A stretch of 58,958 nt of DNA, counting the filler, from Basidioascus undulatus (Eukaryota), in assembly GCA_000826855.1 (NCBI GenBank). It is 5 parts of 5 records of this genome, joined end to end, with 100 filler letters (N's around TTAATTAATTAA, not from the genome) between each part and the next. Parts side by side here need not be neighbours in the genome. Positions count along the whole stretch, not along the records: positions 1 to 18,966 come from JTLS01001196.1; positions 19,067 to 28,970 come from JTLS01001197.1; 3 more parts are not named here. One strand, 5' to 3'. Below the pieces are notes generated by a model. It had not been told where the DNA came from. It saw only the letters and a program-made list of their open reading frames with translations, and made no database searches. Positions 13,992 to 24,249 of this stretch are shown here, piece after piece. The first letter of the stretch is position 1, and each line of letters opens with the position of its first letter. The translations under genes and the position numbers were made by a program.

Positions 13992-16900
13992 ACGAGGAGA
14001 ACGCGAAGCTATCAAGGCGGGTTCTCTCAGGCAGATATTGCCCTTTGTTAGAGGCTGGTAGAGTGATGGACTTGGAAGTGCATGAAGATGGACGTGCAGA
14101 GGGAATGAAACGACTGTCCCTGCGGTCACAGCTGCGTAATCGTCATGCACAAACGATTATGCATCCATTGTTATGAACCAGATTACTGGCAGAGTACATT
14201 TATTGGTGGATGGGTGTCGACTGGGGGGAGGGCGGACAGTGGGGCGTTGTCCGCTTGAAGCGAGACGACGCGTGCGACGCAACTCTTATACAGGCTCAGG
14301 TTCGGCACCTACGCTATGTTTAGACTCTGTACATGAACGCTTAGGAACTCTGCGGTAGCTCTCTAACAAATGAGCGCACTTTTCACCACAGCGATGAGCA
14401 GGCCTGTCATCGTGTTGACTGCGTGTTCAATGTTCGGCGACCGGCCCGGCGCCGACGTGAACAGACGGAGCAGATCTTCGCGATCCCTTGCTCCAACCAT
14501 CATCTTGTCTGTCCCCTTCGATTGATTCCTGATATACCTTCATGCTCAATCAAAGAGAAACAGCGCGATATCTCGCGGCGTGCGAAAGTGATGCAGTGGC
14601 CATCGAGGATGTGTTGTCGGTGTATCTTTACTGGTGAGAGCGTCGTTCCCCGCCCTCTACCTGGTCTATCAGATATTAATAGAGGAAGTTGATAATTTGT
14701 ATAATCTTGCGGAGCAGCAAATACCAGCGCGGACACAACAGCGCTCAGGTCATGAACAAGCTGTGCCTCCTGTGCTGCTATCTCCGTGGCATGTAAGCCT
14801 AGGTTTCGCGCGTTCTTTCGCGATTTACCCCATGATACCTACGGGGCTGACGGGCGCCCTAATCTTGAAATTCAATCTATTAGTCGCCTGAACTCCGTCC
14901 TCGAACATGGGCGACAGGCCTTTACCATACTCGCCGCTGAAGTCGCGCTGGGCGGGGGGACGATTGGGAGCACGCCTCCACGCTCCGCGATTGGAGTACG
15001 CGTTTGGAATCAGGCCCGGCGCCGTCGGGCGACAACCGATCCGAATGCGGGTGGACCGGGTCCCGTAGTTGCCTTCATGACGCCCGAGCAATCGAGCGCC
15101 ATCTGGGAGGACGTCTGGGTGAGGGGAGTAGGAAGCGTGTTCTCGCCGGCGTATGAAAATAGACATGGGACTGGGAGTATGGGGAGAGTGAGTACGCTGC
15201 CGGTCTATAGGAGTGTAGGTGAGGCACTGCATGCGACTCAGGCTAGATAGATGCGATGCACCGAGGGCTTGACGTTCGATGTGGCTGTCTGCGTGTGCAT
15301 TGACCTTCCATCGTGAACAATTGCTCTTTTGGAGCGCATCATTGGACTACAAGTAAACTGTAATTCGAGGCTCTAAAACATCAATTTTCATGCCATCGGA
15401 AGACCCGGTCGTGGGAGCGTCGGAAAGCTTGAACAGGTCGCCACATCGCAGCTGCCTCACCGAGGCGAGGCAACATGCTCCAACTTGTACCCCCGGCAAA
15501 GACAGGCGCAACGGTGAAAGGCAGAGGCTGACGAATGGAGGGAATCTGCGCAGCCGCCCGGTGCGAATCAGGCCTATCTAGCGGTCAGAGGGTCGGAGGT
15601 GGTGCTCAAATAGGGCGGAGTAGTTCTAGGTGGCAGCTGGTCGAAGACGTGTAGCAAGGCATGGTGGGTGATTGGGACCAAGGGCAGAGGCGTTGTTCTG
15701 AGGTTCTTGTGCGGGTGAGCTCGAGGTCACGGTGTATTCCCCCCTGATAGGATTCGATTGATGCGATTGCTTGTGCGCTGCAGCTATCCAGGGAAGCCAG
15801 CCGGCGGACCCACTCGAACTCAGCATATTTCCGAACCCAGCATATTTGTAGACCAGGTGCGTGGGATCCTCTAAGTGTTAAATTCCTCCCCGTATTCACG
15901 AAGTTACAGGTTGGATTCCCCATACTTTGCTCTGCTGCCGTGGCACCGCAGTCCGCACTGCACTGCTGTGACAGGTCGCGTTGTCTACTTTGGATTTACA
16001 GTCCAGGCCAGCTATCTAGCCATTTAACTTTAGACAATTCGCCATTCAAACTGACAAGCAATCGTCAGGTGGGAAATTTGGAGCAGACCGTCCTGGGGCA
16101 TGCCTCACTGCGCACCAATGGTATGGCGTATATGTGTGCTTCTGTTTCAAAAGGTTTCATTCTGCAGCCGAATTCGTATTGTTAATTAAAAGAGTGACTC
16201 TCCGTGCTCATATCTCAAATGAATTCCTGCTTGCCCACCTTCCTATGTGTCTTGCATCGTACCTTTCCATCGGAGAGCATGCAATGCAGTTGCCTTGTTT
16301 CACAGTGGAGTGCTCAACTTGTGCCTGCACCAAGTATAGCTGGCAATTGAACCCTGGCACATTAGAGAAATTCGGACGCAACATAGCTTATGGGGGCGGG
16401 GACAGTGAAGAGGGCGGCAACGATAGCTTCAGCCGTCCCCCAGATGGCATTGGCCGAAAGGTCAGCATCAGCGACACTTGATTCCCGGCTTGAATGGCTC
16501 AAGTATTAGCTAGGACGGCTTGAAGTCAAACATTTTTGGGTGCATGCTTTTTGAAACAACTGCCTACAAAGACGGCTCTGAGGACTGTTCAGGCTGCCCG
16601 TGCCCCTTAGAACGTTTTTTATAACCAATTCATTCAGTGCTCCGTGCGACTCCGTGGCTTTTTGTCAGCCACCGAAGTATACAGGGCGATCGCAGCGTGA
16701 GCTCGAGGGTCACGGCGGCGATGAGCTCGAGCTTCCTGCCCTTTGCTCTGGAATCGGACCTGGCAACCGCCCGTAAGAGAATACATTCCACGTCAGGTTT
16801 ATTCGCAAGGATATTGTCGACATGCAAGAATGAAATCATAGGGCGTGCCACAGCGTGTTGTAGCGTGCAGCCGTTTCAGAGTCCCCGGCCTGCCCGCGGG

Positions 16901-17016
16901 GGCTCGGCGACTAAGTCGCCGCAGCTCGCATGGACGCGTCCATCCTCCCATCTATCGCATCCCTCGCCCTACTCATTTCACCCTCAGACTATACCCCCTC
17001 CCTCCTCCCGGCGTGC

Positions 17017-18966
17017 ATGGCCCCCTCCTATTCGCGCGTCCCCGACGAGGGCGACGCGCCCCCGCTGCCGCCCAAGGACGAGCACGAGCTCCCGCCGCTG
17101 TACTACGGCCAGCGCAATCTCAGCATGGACACCTTCGTCTCGTCCGAGCTGGACGAGTCTGAGCGCAAGGCATTTGTCGAGCGCGAGGGCGAGGAGCTGG
17201 ACGATCTGGAGGATGGGAGGGGCGAGGGGGTGTACCATCCTCAGGTGCGTCTTCATCCCCCTTCCGTCCACACCTTCCTATTTTTCTTTGCATGCGTCTG
17301 AAGATAAACAGCTGACGGAATGAGTATTGTGTGTGCACCCAGCCCCCCTCCCGCAAGCTCCTCCCGCTCCTCCTCTTCTTCCTCCTCCTCTCCGCAGCGC
17401 TCATCGGCGCCCTCTCCGCGCTCTCCTACAACCGCACCTACACCCTCTCCGGCCTCCGCCGCCTCGACATGGACGCAGTCTTCAATGGCACCTTCTCCGC
17501 ACAGCGCAAGTCTGTCGCGTGGGTCGACGCGGGCGGGCGGGACGGCGTGTATGGGCTCAGGGACGAGAGCGGCGGGATCGTGCTTGTTGAGCTGGGGACG
17601 GGCGAGAATCGGACGCTGGTGAAGGGCGGGGAGGTGAAGGATGTGATTGGTTCTTCGTTTGTGTTCTTGTAGAATTACGCAGCTGAATGGATGCGGGATG
17701 TAGGAATTCGGAAGACAGATCGGCTGGGACTCGTACTACCTCGCTCCCGACGAGTCCTACATCCTCTTCCGCTCAAGCACAGTCAAGGTGCACTCCCTCC
17801 TCCCTCCTCTCTGCCCCTCTGTGCTCACCCTCCTCCCCAAACCCAGCAATGGCGCCACTCCACCCTAGCAACCTACCACATCCACTCCCTCGGCACGCAC
17901 ACAACCCTCTCCCTCCCCACGCCCGCCTCCTCGATCGCCCTCGCGCTCTGGTCCCCCACGGGCCACGCCCTCGCCTACGTCCACGAAAACGACGTCTACG
18001 TCCTCTCCCAGGTCGCGATCGACGCTGCCTTCGCGTCTGGCTCTGGGTCCGCTGAGGCGCTCAGGGCGGAGCGCGTGACGTTCGACGGGAGCGATACGGT
18101 TTTCAATGGGCTCAACGACTGGGTGCGCCCCTTCCCTCCCACAACCCTCTTCTACCCCTTCGCCTTCCTCTACCATCTCACTTCGCTCCGGGGCCCTCCA
18201 TTATCTTGTGTGGAAACAGGTCTACGAGGAAGAAGTCTACTCCTCGCCCACCGCGCTCTGGTGGTCCCCCGACGGGGCGCACGTTGCCTTCTTGAGGCTG
18301 AACGAGACTGCCGTGCGCAAGTATTCGTTCCCGATCTATAATCCACACGGGTGGGACGCGAACCAGATTCTGCAGTACCCTCAGGAGGTGCTTCCTTCTC
18401 CCCTTCTCCCCTTCTCCCCTTCTCCCCTTCTCCCCTTCTCCCCTTCTCCCCTTCTCCCTCCCTCCTTTTTCCCTTCTCCCTTCCTTATCTCCCTCTTCCC
18501 CCTTCCCTCTTCCCTCTTTCCCCCCTTCTCGATGCAAATACTGACTTCTGACTCCCGAACGGCCAGGTGACCATGCGCTACCCCAAACCCAGCACGCCCA
18601 ACCCCCTCGCGACCCTCCATTCGTACACCCTCAGCAGCAACATCTCCCGCGTGCTCGCGTTCCCTTCCGCGCGGGACGAGCGCATCATCTTCTCCGTCTC
18701 GTGGCTCACGCCCTCCGTCCTCCTCGCGAAGGAGACCTCGCGCGACGCGCGCGACGGCTCGGGGGTGCGCTTCGTCTTTTCTTCCTCCTCCTCCTCTGAG
18801 GGAGGAACGGAGGTGAGGGGGGAGACGGTGCGGGATTTGGTGCCGCGCAATGAGAAGGGGGAGGCGGATGGCGGGTGGATCGACCATGCGCAGACGGTCG
18901 AGCCTTTGGGCGGGAAGGGAGAGAGGGATTATGAGGCTTCGTGGGTGTTCCGATTTCCGCTTTCCG
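17017..18966 (+). CDS. Type II membrane dipeptidyl aminopeptidase (DPP IV/S9B, STE13/DAP2-like), 5' part only; truncated by the contig end
   Basis: Acidic N-terminal tail, TM segment LLPLLLFFLLLSAALIGAL, then propeller motifs QWRHST, WSPTGHALAYVHENDVY, VFNGLNDWVYEEEV, ALWWSPDG, MRYPKP..PNP and GWID. The catalytic domain is not in the window. Confidence 0.92.
18394..18458 (+). repeat. Intronic pyrimidine tandem repeat, unit CCCCTTCT
   Basis: About eight copies of the 8-mer read directly inside a DPP IV intron. Confidence 0.85.
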
Positions 18967-19066
18967 NNNNNNNNNNNNNNNNNNNNNNNNNNNNNNNNNN
19001 NNNNNNNNNNTTAATTAATTAANNNNNNNNNNNNNNNNNNNNNNNNNNNNNNNNNNNNNNNNNNNN
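18967..19066. other. Artificial contig linker N44-TTAATTAATTAA-N44
   Basis: Identical 100-nt spacer with stops in all six frames; it occurs four times in the window. Confidence 0.98.
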
Positions 19067-19068
19067 CA

Positions 19069-19659
19069 CTTGGGAAACTCGAAGCGTGGGCACACCCGGA
19101 CGTCGCGCTCATTCCACTGGGGTCGCGCCTCACAGCAGGGACTGGCAAGTCGGTGGTAGTTACGTACGATCCCTCAATCCTCGAGCTAACAAACTCGAGT
19201 AGCGACGTGGCCGCCTTCGACAGCGTTGTGGCAGCGAAGTGGCATGCGAGGGCACTACTGCCTCCGGGGATGACTCCAGGCGAGCTCTGCAGGCTTGTCC
19301 TTGCTTGTGACGGCTACTCGTTGAGGTCCTCCAACTTCCCTAAGGTGAATGACTCTGCGGTAGTGGCTGCGTGGAGGAAGATAGGGACACTCGGCAAGGT
19401 ACTGGCAACTCACGGCCGGTGGATCGAGACCAGCGCCCGGCTTCGCACGGACGCCGGCTTCATGCAGTCACTGAACGCAGACATGGCTCCCTGGCCCTCG
19501 GATACGCCCCTCCCGGTCCGGGACCTGGACTGGCCCGCGGATGATATTTTGAGAAACGACGCTCCGACGGCGGTACGCGGAGGAGGGGTGTCATACACGC
19601 ACATGGGGGTGCTGATGAAGCTGCAGTCCCTGAGGGACGAATCAAGTGTCGATGTCTAA
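19069..19659 (+). CDS. 5'-truncated ORF; probable C-terminus of an RPB1/beta'-like RNA polymerase large subunit plus a ~170-aa extension
   Basis: The frame is open from the contig edge: LGKLEAWAHPDVALIPLGSRLTAGTGKSVVV. LG-x5-GTG matches the spacing of RPB1 region H (IMLGQLAPAGTG). Support is one motif plus the neighbouring genes. Confidence 0.45.
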   Translation, partial: LGKLEAWAHPDVALIPLGSRLTAGTGKSVVVTYDPSILELTNSSSDVAAFDSVVAAKWHARALLPPGMTPGELCRLVLACDGYSLRSSNFPKVNDSAVVAAWRKIGTLGKVLATHGRWIETSARLRTDAGFMQSLNADMAPWPSDTPLPVRDLDWPADDILRNDAPTAVRGGGVSYTHMGVLMKLQSLRDESSVDV

Positions 19660-20523
19660 AACCTGCAGGCTCCCCACAAACGCCCCGCTTCCCTGGCCCG
19701 AGAGCGCAGTGCGTATCGCGGACGCGAGAGCGGAGTATAGTCCTGTCATCCCCGAGGGCTTGCCATTAAACTGGAGGTTCCCGACCGGCGACACCCCGAG
19801 ATAGCTGTAGTCTGCGTCACCTGCCAACTGACCAGATCTGACGAGGTGCCAGCCTCCCCTACTGGTTGACTGTGTGACGAACGTATACCCTGCGGGCAGG
19901 TAGCGTACGAGTATCTTGAGGCTGTCGGCCCCGAGGTAGCAGAAGATAGGGTCGTACCCCTCGTATAGGAGCCAGAAGGTAAGCTTGGAGCCCCCTACGT
20001 TGAGGAACGCTACGGTATCACCCGGGTGTCGCACTGTCAGCCCACGGTCCACCGCTGCGTGGTAGGCTGCTAGCGACAACCTGCCCTGGACCTGGGAGGA
20101 ATTCCTGTACTCCCGCACCGTCACAGAACTCGGCTGAGCACCCGCCCTCACGAATTCGTCACGTATAGTAAGTAATGAATGCGTCTCTCCCTGCATCTTC
20201 ACTGTAGCGGAGCTTATCAAGGGCTGTATCATGGAGCAGGCGACGGCGAGGCCTGAGGGATACACCCAGTTGCCGAGTGTCCACACACACCTCCAGTCGG
20301 ATGAGATAGCTCCCTGTCCCTCCCCTACTACCCCTAGCGCGCGGGCTATGGCATTGAGGTAGTGCTCCGAGGTGGGGTCGAGGGTAGAGAGGGGGCTTTG
20401 GCGGTGAACCAAGTCAGGGTCTTCTGGTTGTGGGCCCCGCAGTAGACCTCCGGCAGCGAGCTGTGCCCTTCTCTCACGGCTGAACGAGTAATTGGTGAGG
20501 CGCCGGCCCCCAGAGGTAGCCAT
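19642..20523 (-). CDS. Hypothetical protein, possible degenerate ASKHA-fold (Ppx/GppA- or GDA1/CD39-like) domain
   Basis: Intronless ORF, first ATG at 20523 (MATSGG). SSQVQGRLSLAAY...VAFLNVGGSKLTF resembles Ppx SGxEEARL...VIDIGGGSTE, but the acidic residues are amides. The ORF is solid; the function is weak. Confidence 0.4.
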   Translation of the reverse strand: MATSGGRRLTNYSFSRERRAQLAAGGLLRGPQPEDPDLVHRQSPLSTLDPTSEHYLNAIARALGVVGEGQGAISSDWRCVWTLGNWVYPSGLAVACSMIQPLISSATVKMQGETHSLLTIRDEFVRAGAQPSSVTVREYRNSSQVQGRLSLAAYHAAVDRGLTVRHPGDTVAFLNVGGSKLTFWLLYEGYDPIFCYLGADSLKILVRYLPAGYTFVTQSTSRGGWHLVRSGQLAGDADYSYLGVSPVGNLQFNGKPSGMTGLYSALASAIRTALSGQGSGAFVGSLQVLDIDT

Positions 20524-20570
20524 GGGGGGAGTGAGCACAGGCAGCTTACTGCTGTGGTGCCACCTGTGCC

Positions 20571-21527
20571 ATGGAACAACTAGTGGACGAACTGGAGAAC
20601 ATGCGAGTCCCCGACAGAGACGTCGAGGACGAGCCGGGCAGTGAGGACGAGTCCATAAGTAGGCTAGTAGGTACGGTCTCTAGGTCAGCCACCACTCACA
20701 TGCTCCTCACTCGGCTGGTCCGTAACTCCGAGGCCACCAATCAGCACCTCCAGAGTCTCACGCGTACCTCGGCTGCGCAAGGTGACATGATGGGCAGAAT
20801 GGTGGCTGCCATGTCCCGGATGGAGCAGCAGATGCATGACCTCACTGAGGCTATGCAGTCACTCTCTTCCTCGCTGACTCTCTCGAGGTGGCCGGCCGAG
20901 CAGGCGCCCAGTGTCGGAGGCGGTAGCGCAACACCCGGATCTCGCACCGGACCTCGCATCGTAGGGGCATTCTTCGTCGAGCTTGTAGCCATGGTACGCA
21001 ACTATATGAGGAGCGTCGGACAGGAGGTAACTTATACATCGGATACGGACGAGAATGCAGTAGCAGCCATCGTCTCAGTAATCTCTTCATCGGTGGGGAT
21101 AGCGGTCAGGAGCGGGGAGCCCTGGTGTGCCGCCCTAGAGCAGCTGGTCACTGCCATGGCAGGGGCGTCCTACGACGCTTCATGCAAGAACATCGAACAC
21201 TTCTTTGCGGGGGCACACGGGGGCAGAGCGAGAGGTATCCTCGACTCCATGCACCGCTCCCTCGTGAAGTGCAAGGCGACGCTGACGCCGGAGTTTGGCG
21301 ACATCGTTGCAGCGCTCGAGTCCCCGTATTCAGAAGGCGAGGCGCCCAAGCTCAAGGCCGTTCCCAAGGCTCGCCAGCACACTGCCCACGAGCTCGCGGT
21401 GTCGAAGCTGAAGCAGAACGACAAGAAGGCGGTGGCCAAGTCCCTTCTCTCAGGACTATCCCTCACCCAGGCCCTCGCTGCAGTTAGTGAGCAGCCTGTC
21501 GCAAAGCAGGCCAAGGTGAAGCGATGA
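20571..21527 (+). CDS. Hypothetical 318-aa protein with N-terminal coiled coil (viral orphan)
   Basis: ATG-initiated intronless ORF tiling between neighbours; heptad-like stretch MGRMVAAMSRMEQQMHDLTEAMQSL, Ser/Gly/Pro linker, Lys-rich C-terminus. Confidence 0.75.
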   Translation: MEQLVDELENMRVPDRDVEDEPGSEDESISRLVGTVSRSATTHMLLTRLVRNSEATNQHLQSLTRTSAAQGDMMGRMVAAMSRMEQQMHDLTEAMQSLSSSLTLSRWPAEQAPSVGGGSATPGSRTGPRIVGAFFVELVAMVRNYMRSVGQEVTYTSDTDENAVAAIVSVISSSVGIAVRSGEPWCAALEQLVTAMAGASYDASCKNIEHFFAGAHGGRARGILDSMHRSLVKCKATLTPEFGDIVAALESPYSEGEAPKLKAVPKARQHTAHELAVSKLKQNDKKAVAKSLLSGLSLTQALAAVSEQPVAKQAKVKR

Positions 21528-21529
21528 AG

Positions 21530-21543
21530 GGATTTTGAAAATC
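21530..21543. terminator. Putative bidirectional 3'-end signal G-GATTTT-G-AAAATC
   Basis: Perfect dyad in the 21-nt gap between two convergent stop codons. The same 12-mer recurs, inverted, at 26746-26757. Confidence 0.55.
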
Positions 21544-21548
21544 AATCC

Positions 21549-23144
21549 TTAGATCCGTTCCTTGATAAACTTGGCAAGCGCACTCTCGGTACTGGCATCC
21601 GTGAGGTACCCGACGGGGTTCTCCTCGGGCACGCCCTGCTTGTAGAGGGCCAGCATCTTGTCGGCCGCGGACCCCCTGGCGGTGGCAGAGTTGTTGATGG
21701 CATAGTCGACGCTCTTGAGAAGCTTAGCAGGGTCTCCCTGATGCATGGTGGCGATCTCCTCAATAGCGTCCCTCAGCACCTTAAGGCTAGGCATGTCGGA
21801 CTCCTCTATCTCAACGCGCTCGGGCTTAGGGGAGGCAGAGGCCCTGGCAGGTGCTGCAGTACCGGCTCCGAATGGCGACATCGAGAACCCGAGGCCACCC
21901 CTCTTCGTCGGCTGTGGGCGCGGCGGCGAGGCAGGCGCGCTGGATAAGGACGTAGCGGTAGATCTCTTCGTAGGAGTCGAAGGAGTAGTAGACTGATCCT
22001 CAGGGGGAAGAGACATAGTGCGCGACTTGACCGGAGCCGGGCTACCACGGCTGCTCTGCGGGGCACCACCTGAGTACGTACTGCCAGTAGGGGCGGCGGC
22101 CTGGACATGACTGATGTTGGGACCTGGGCGGGCGCCTATCGTAGACGCGGCAGACGAAGCCACGGAGTAGTCGGCGTACTGGATGCGCTTTGCGGTGGTA
22201 AGGATATCCCTCCTCCACCCATTCATGGCTTCGACGAGCTCCTTCGCGGCAGCGGCCAGCTCGGGGTTGCCCGAACCTTCGGCAGCCATGGCCAGTCTCT
22301 TGAGGGGGATCTCGAGGTGATTACCACTAAGGGCAGCGTCGTTGAGTGCGGCACTACAACTGTTGGCAATGTCAAGGGTGGTACGTTTACGAACCTCGTC
22401 AGCCACGGAGGAACGTGACATAGATCCAGGGGTGGCAGAGTCTACCGTGACACTGCCAATAGCCTCACGAAGAGCACTAGAGAATCTCTCAGTGTCGAGA
22501 ACAGCCCTCTGGCTGGTGAGATCTTCGAACTTGCGCGCGATGTACGCGGGGTGGGGCGAGGCGTAGGTGGTGAAGCGCACCATGGGAGACCTGAATGAAC
22601 TCTTGAGGGAGGCAGCCATCCGTTGTGCAGCAGCCCCCATGCATATGAGTTTCACAGGAGCTCCATCGACGTTGGGGGAGGCGTGGAGTAGCTGGCACAA
22701 GGCCTCCACCTGCACGCTTGCCTCCACGAAAGACTCGGGTGTGTTGTGGGGGTAACATACACTCTCGTTCACAAGGATGACACCTGCGTCCACGAGCCGG
22801 AAGGAGTCCCTGAAGGCCGCTGTACCTATCTCCCTGGCAAGGCCCGTGTGATGGTACAGGTCGTTACTGATAACCTGGACACTAGGGGTGGTGGTAGAAC
22901 CCCGTGGGAGCTTCTCTTCTGAGTACGAGAATGGGGCTGCCATCACAGGATAGATATCCCTCCCGTACGGACTCTGCGAGAAGATGATAGCCTTGATCGG
23001 CACTGCCCTGTACCATGAGAGGACGTAGGTGGCCCATCTCTTCGGGTAGTCACTAAGCGCGAAGTAGGGAGTGAATGATTCCATGGCGTCCAGCAGCTCG
23101 TGACTGGCCCTTATGGAAGCCCTCATCACCTCGGGATCAGCCAT
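21549..23144 (-). CDS. Family-1 uracil-DNA glycosylase-like domain fused to a long helical and Ser/Pro-rich C-terminal region
   Basis: IKAIIFSQSPY (cf. VKVVILGQDPY), PFS...TPSVQVISNDL (cf. FS..PPSL.NIYKEL), AGVILVN (cf. QGVLLLN), LICMGAAAQ (cf. LLWGSYAQ) and SPHPAY (cf. HPSP) occur in the expected order. Confidence 0.8.
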   Translation of the reverse strand: MADPEVMRASIRASHELLDAMESFTPYFALSDYPKRWATYVLSWYRAVPIKAIIFSQSPYGRDIYPVMAAPFSYSEEKLPRGSTTTPSVQVISNDLYHHTGLAREIGTAAFRDSFRLVDAGVILVNESVCYPHNTPESFVEASVQVEALCQLLHASPNVDGAPVKLICMGAAAQRMAASLKSSFRSPMVRFTTYASPHPAYIARKFEDLTSQRAVLDTERFSSALREAIGSVTVDSATPGSMSRSSVADEVRKRTTLDIANSCSAALNDAALSGNHLEIPLKRLAMAAEGSGNPELAAAAKELVEAMNGWRRDILTTAKRIQYADYSVASSAASTIGARPGPNISHVQAAAPTGSTYSGGAPQSSRGSPAPVKSRTMSLPPEDQSTTPSTPTKRSTATSLSSAPASPPRPQPTKRGGLGFSMSPFGAGTAAPARASASPKPERVEIEESDMPSLKVLRDAIEEIATMHQGDPAKLLKSVDYAINNSATARGSAADKMLALYKQGVPEENPVGYLTDASTESALAKFIKERI

Positions 23145-23258
23145 AGCGCACGGTGCGTGTGCGACTACAGAGTCGCCAGGTTTTGGAAACTGTGCAATGC
23201 GGAGTACATAAGGGCAAGAAGGGGAGTGTCCGGGTTGCGAAATGCGATGCGTGCGAGA

Positions 23259-24197
23259 CTACACAGATGAGTAGAGAGAAACTATGGCATCCTGGGTTAT
23301 ATTAATTCCGTGCGACTTGTCGGCCACACGTTGGGACTTGCTACCTTTCATGTCTGCCTTCATAAGTTCCAGGCGGGTGCAGTCATAGCATTGGCCACCC
23401 GGATAGCGGGCGGTACGTACGCACGAGTTGTAGAATCCAAGCCTGTGGATGTAAGCGAATGGCGCCTGACCCTCACCTACTACGGGCCTGCCCGTCCCTA
23501 GGGCCCTCGTCTCCAGGGAGCGGGGGTGGGAGTAGATCTGACAGAAGCGCCGGCAACCTCCAGAGAAGTCGTCGTCGGTGTCTACGTACCAGCCCGGGGT
23601 GCATGGGATGGACCACGTCACTCCTGCGAAGAGATCCATGCACTCCAGGTACTCGTCGCGAGCATCGTGGATACATACCATGACGGACGTCCCCTCGAGG
23701 TGAGCGAGGATGGTCTCGGCAAGGAACCGTGGCTCCGTGTGCGAGACAGTCCAGTGCCTCTTGTCCCCAGGTCTACTACTTACGACGAACTGCGAGGAGC
23801 GCTCCCCGGCCTCCTGTGAGGCCGGCCTGACTCTCACTATGAGGGCCGGAGGGGTTCCGAAGGGTGACCGCCTCAGCCACCTGTCTAACTGGGAGAAGTC
23901 GTATGGGACGGGCCCCTCCATGAACACGTAGCAGTCGTACCACGCGCTCGCCGACGCGGTCTTGATGGAAGTATAGTCGGAGTACAAGTTCTTGAGACCC
24001 TCGTCCCAGGGCCCCTTGGTTGTTAACTCGTCCGTGTCGCACTGTGGCAGGGGAGTACCCATGGGCATGTCCATGTCGGTGAGGAACCTACCCCTCCCTG
24101 CCTCAGACGACACCGCAGCGAAGGGGACGACATCGCTACGAGGGTGCTTGCAGGCTCTCCTGGAAGAGGAGGGGTTTCTGGGTAGTGGGGGTCTCAT
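23259..24197 (-). CDS. VP39-like cap 2'-O-methyltransferase / poly(A) polymerase regulatory subunit homolog (divergent)
   Basis: Ordered motif analogues WDEGLKNLYSD (cf. HWGQRKLLLSE), CIHDAR (cf. FISDIR), QIYSHPRSLETR (cf. ..P..STETR) and LGFYNSCVR..Y...CYDC..LE (cf. MFYFN...R...CYDC..E of large-DNA-virus/protist members). Start placed at ATG 24197, which avoids overlap with the RPB2-like gene. Confidence 0.65.
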   Translation of the reverse strand: MRPPLPRNPSSSRRACKHPRSDVVPFAAVSSEAGRGRFLTDMDMPMGTPLPQCDTDELTTKGPWDEGLKNLYSDYTSIKTASASAWYDCYVFMEGPVPYDFSQLDRWLRRSPFGTPPALIVRVRPASQEAGERSSQFVVSSRPGDKRHWTVSHTEPRFLAETILAHLEGTSVMVCIHDARDEYLECMDLFAGVTWSIPCTPGWYVDTDDDFSGGCRRFCQIYSHPRSLETRALGTGRPVVGEGQAPFAYIHRLGFYNSCVRTARYPGGQCYDCTRLELMKADMKGSKSQRVADKSHGINITQDAIVSLYSSV

Positions 24198-24249
24198 TTC
24201 ATTGCGGTGAGGGTGAGCGCTCAACTTCAGTTGGTTGCCCACCCGCCCG

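Noticed and set aside
19011..19022. TTAATTAATTAA as a biological repeat or piggyBac-type TTAA target
   Set aside because: It is always centred in N44 flanks at all four gaps; it is a six-frame-stop spacer. ORFs running into the X stretches have artefactual ends.
18900..19100. Virus inserted into, and disrupting, the DPP IV gene
   Set aside because: The boundary is an artificial linker and the DPP IV 3' half does not resume after 29070. Adjacency comes from concatenation.
19120..19152. GSRLTAGTGKS as a Walker A motif
   Set aside because: It does not fit G/A-x4-GK[ST] spacing and no Walker B is evident; the RPB1 LG-x5-GTG motif fits better.
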